Assembly: GCA_976226885.1 (NCBI GenBank)
Contig: OZ320313.1
Location: forward strand, 68,262,001 to 68,326,000
Reading direction: 5' to 3'
DNA: 64,000 nucleotides
From: Iphione sp. A-MEVVRFRX5
Lineage: Eukaryota
Part shown: positions 63,654 through 64,000 of the stretch, one piece after another
Position numbering within the stretch: the first letter of the stretch is position 1
Layout of the letters: the number at the start of each line of letters is the position of its first letter
Made by a program: the position numbers and the translations under genes
Notes under the pieces: model-generated
Databases searched by the model: none
Told to the model about the DNA's origin: nothing
Seen by the model: the letters and a program-made list of their open reading frames with translations, nothing else

Positions 63654-63821
63654 GGTGTAGACAAATGGACATAGGTGACACGATACGAGTAAGCAAGTCG
63701 ACCGTCTGTGTCGTCGTGCACCGACTAGCTAGGAGAATAGCAAGATTCGCTCCATACTTCATTAAGATGCCCCGGATAGGACAATTGGCTGCGATAAAAC
63801 GAGGCTTTCTCAGTATTGGAG
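63654..63821 (+). CDS. PIF/Harbinger transposase, exon 2; the gene continues beyond the window
   Basis: Acceptor ttccttgatgaag|GG restores G-CRQMDIGDTIRVSKSTVCVVVHRL...FIKMP...IKRGFLSIG (helix-turn-helix GD..G+S.STV motif); donor GAG|gtaagt, phase 1 to 1, 168 nt. Confidence 0.85.
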
Positions 63822-64000
63822 GTAAGTATATTATTGGGGAGTAATGCTTACTTGTCATATAGATGGGCGATTCCCTTCTGTGTCTATGCAGCGTATCATT
63901 GACGTAATGTATAATAACGTCAAGAGGCTAGTTTTGCAAATGACGTAACAACCGACCGGTATGCCATCTTGAGTTAAACTTCGGTATGATTAATAAATGT

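Larger units (their letters stand above)
63019..64000 (+). mobile_element. Left part of a candidate autonomous PIF/Harbinger transposon
   Basis: TTA|GGTCCATTTAGTCAGTGG followed by three inverted copies of a 12-14 bp motif, 130 bp upstream of the transposase ATG. The right end is outside the window, so TIR and target duplication are unverified. Confidence 0.55.

Noticed and set aside
63863-63948. Possible third Harbinger exon (DGRFPSVSMQRIID)
   Set aside because: It would need a 41-nt intron, lacks the catalytic DGTH motif and ends in a stop; the FPSV resemblance is probably chance.
1-64000. CRISPR arrays, rRNA, tRNA or prokaryotic operons
   Set aside because: No regularly spaced repeat-spacer array or structural RNA gene signature was seen; spliceosomal introns and eukaryotic transposons indicate animal DNA.

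Overview
Eukaryotic (metazoan, probably marine invertebrate; inference) AT-rich, repeat-rich genomic DNA. I saw no rRNA, tRNA or CRISPR array. The one clear host gene is a minus-strand alpha-arrestin (ARRDC family) with six coding exons reconstructed at 12552-29219; phases are consistent at all five GT-AG introns, but the first coding exon was not securely found. The rest is mostly transposon-derived: a young 5'-truncated CR1/L2-type LINE (6290-7657) with twin 3' stem-loops, seven PIF/Harbinger-type MITEs (three related families, TWA target duplications), and the 5' part of an intron-containing Harbinger transposase running off the right edge. There are also many decayed LINE and DIRS-like relics. 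The most unusual locus is intronic (about 23.0-24.1 kb): a minimal type I hammerhead ribozyme of the Penelope-like kind, preceded by a broken ORF whose C-terminal part looks death-fold/CARD-like. All protein-family calls come from motif recognition by eye, not database searches.
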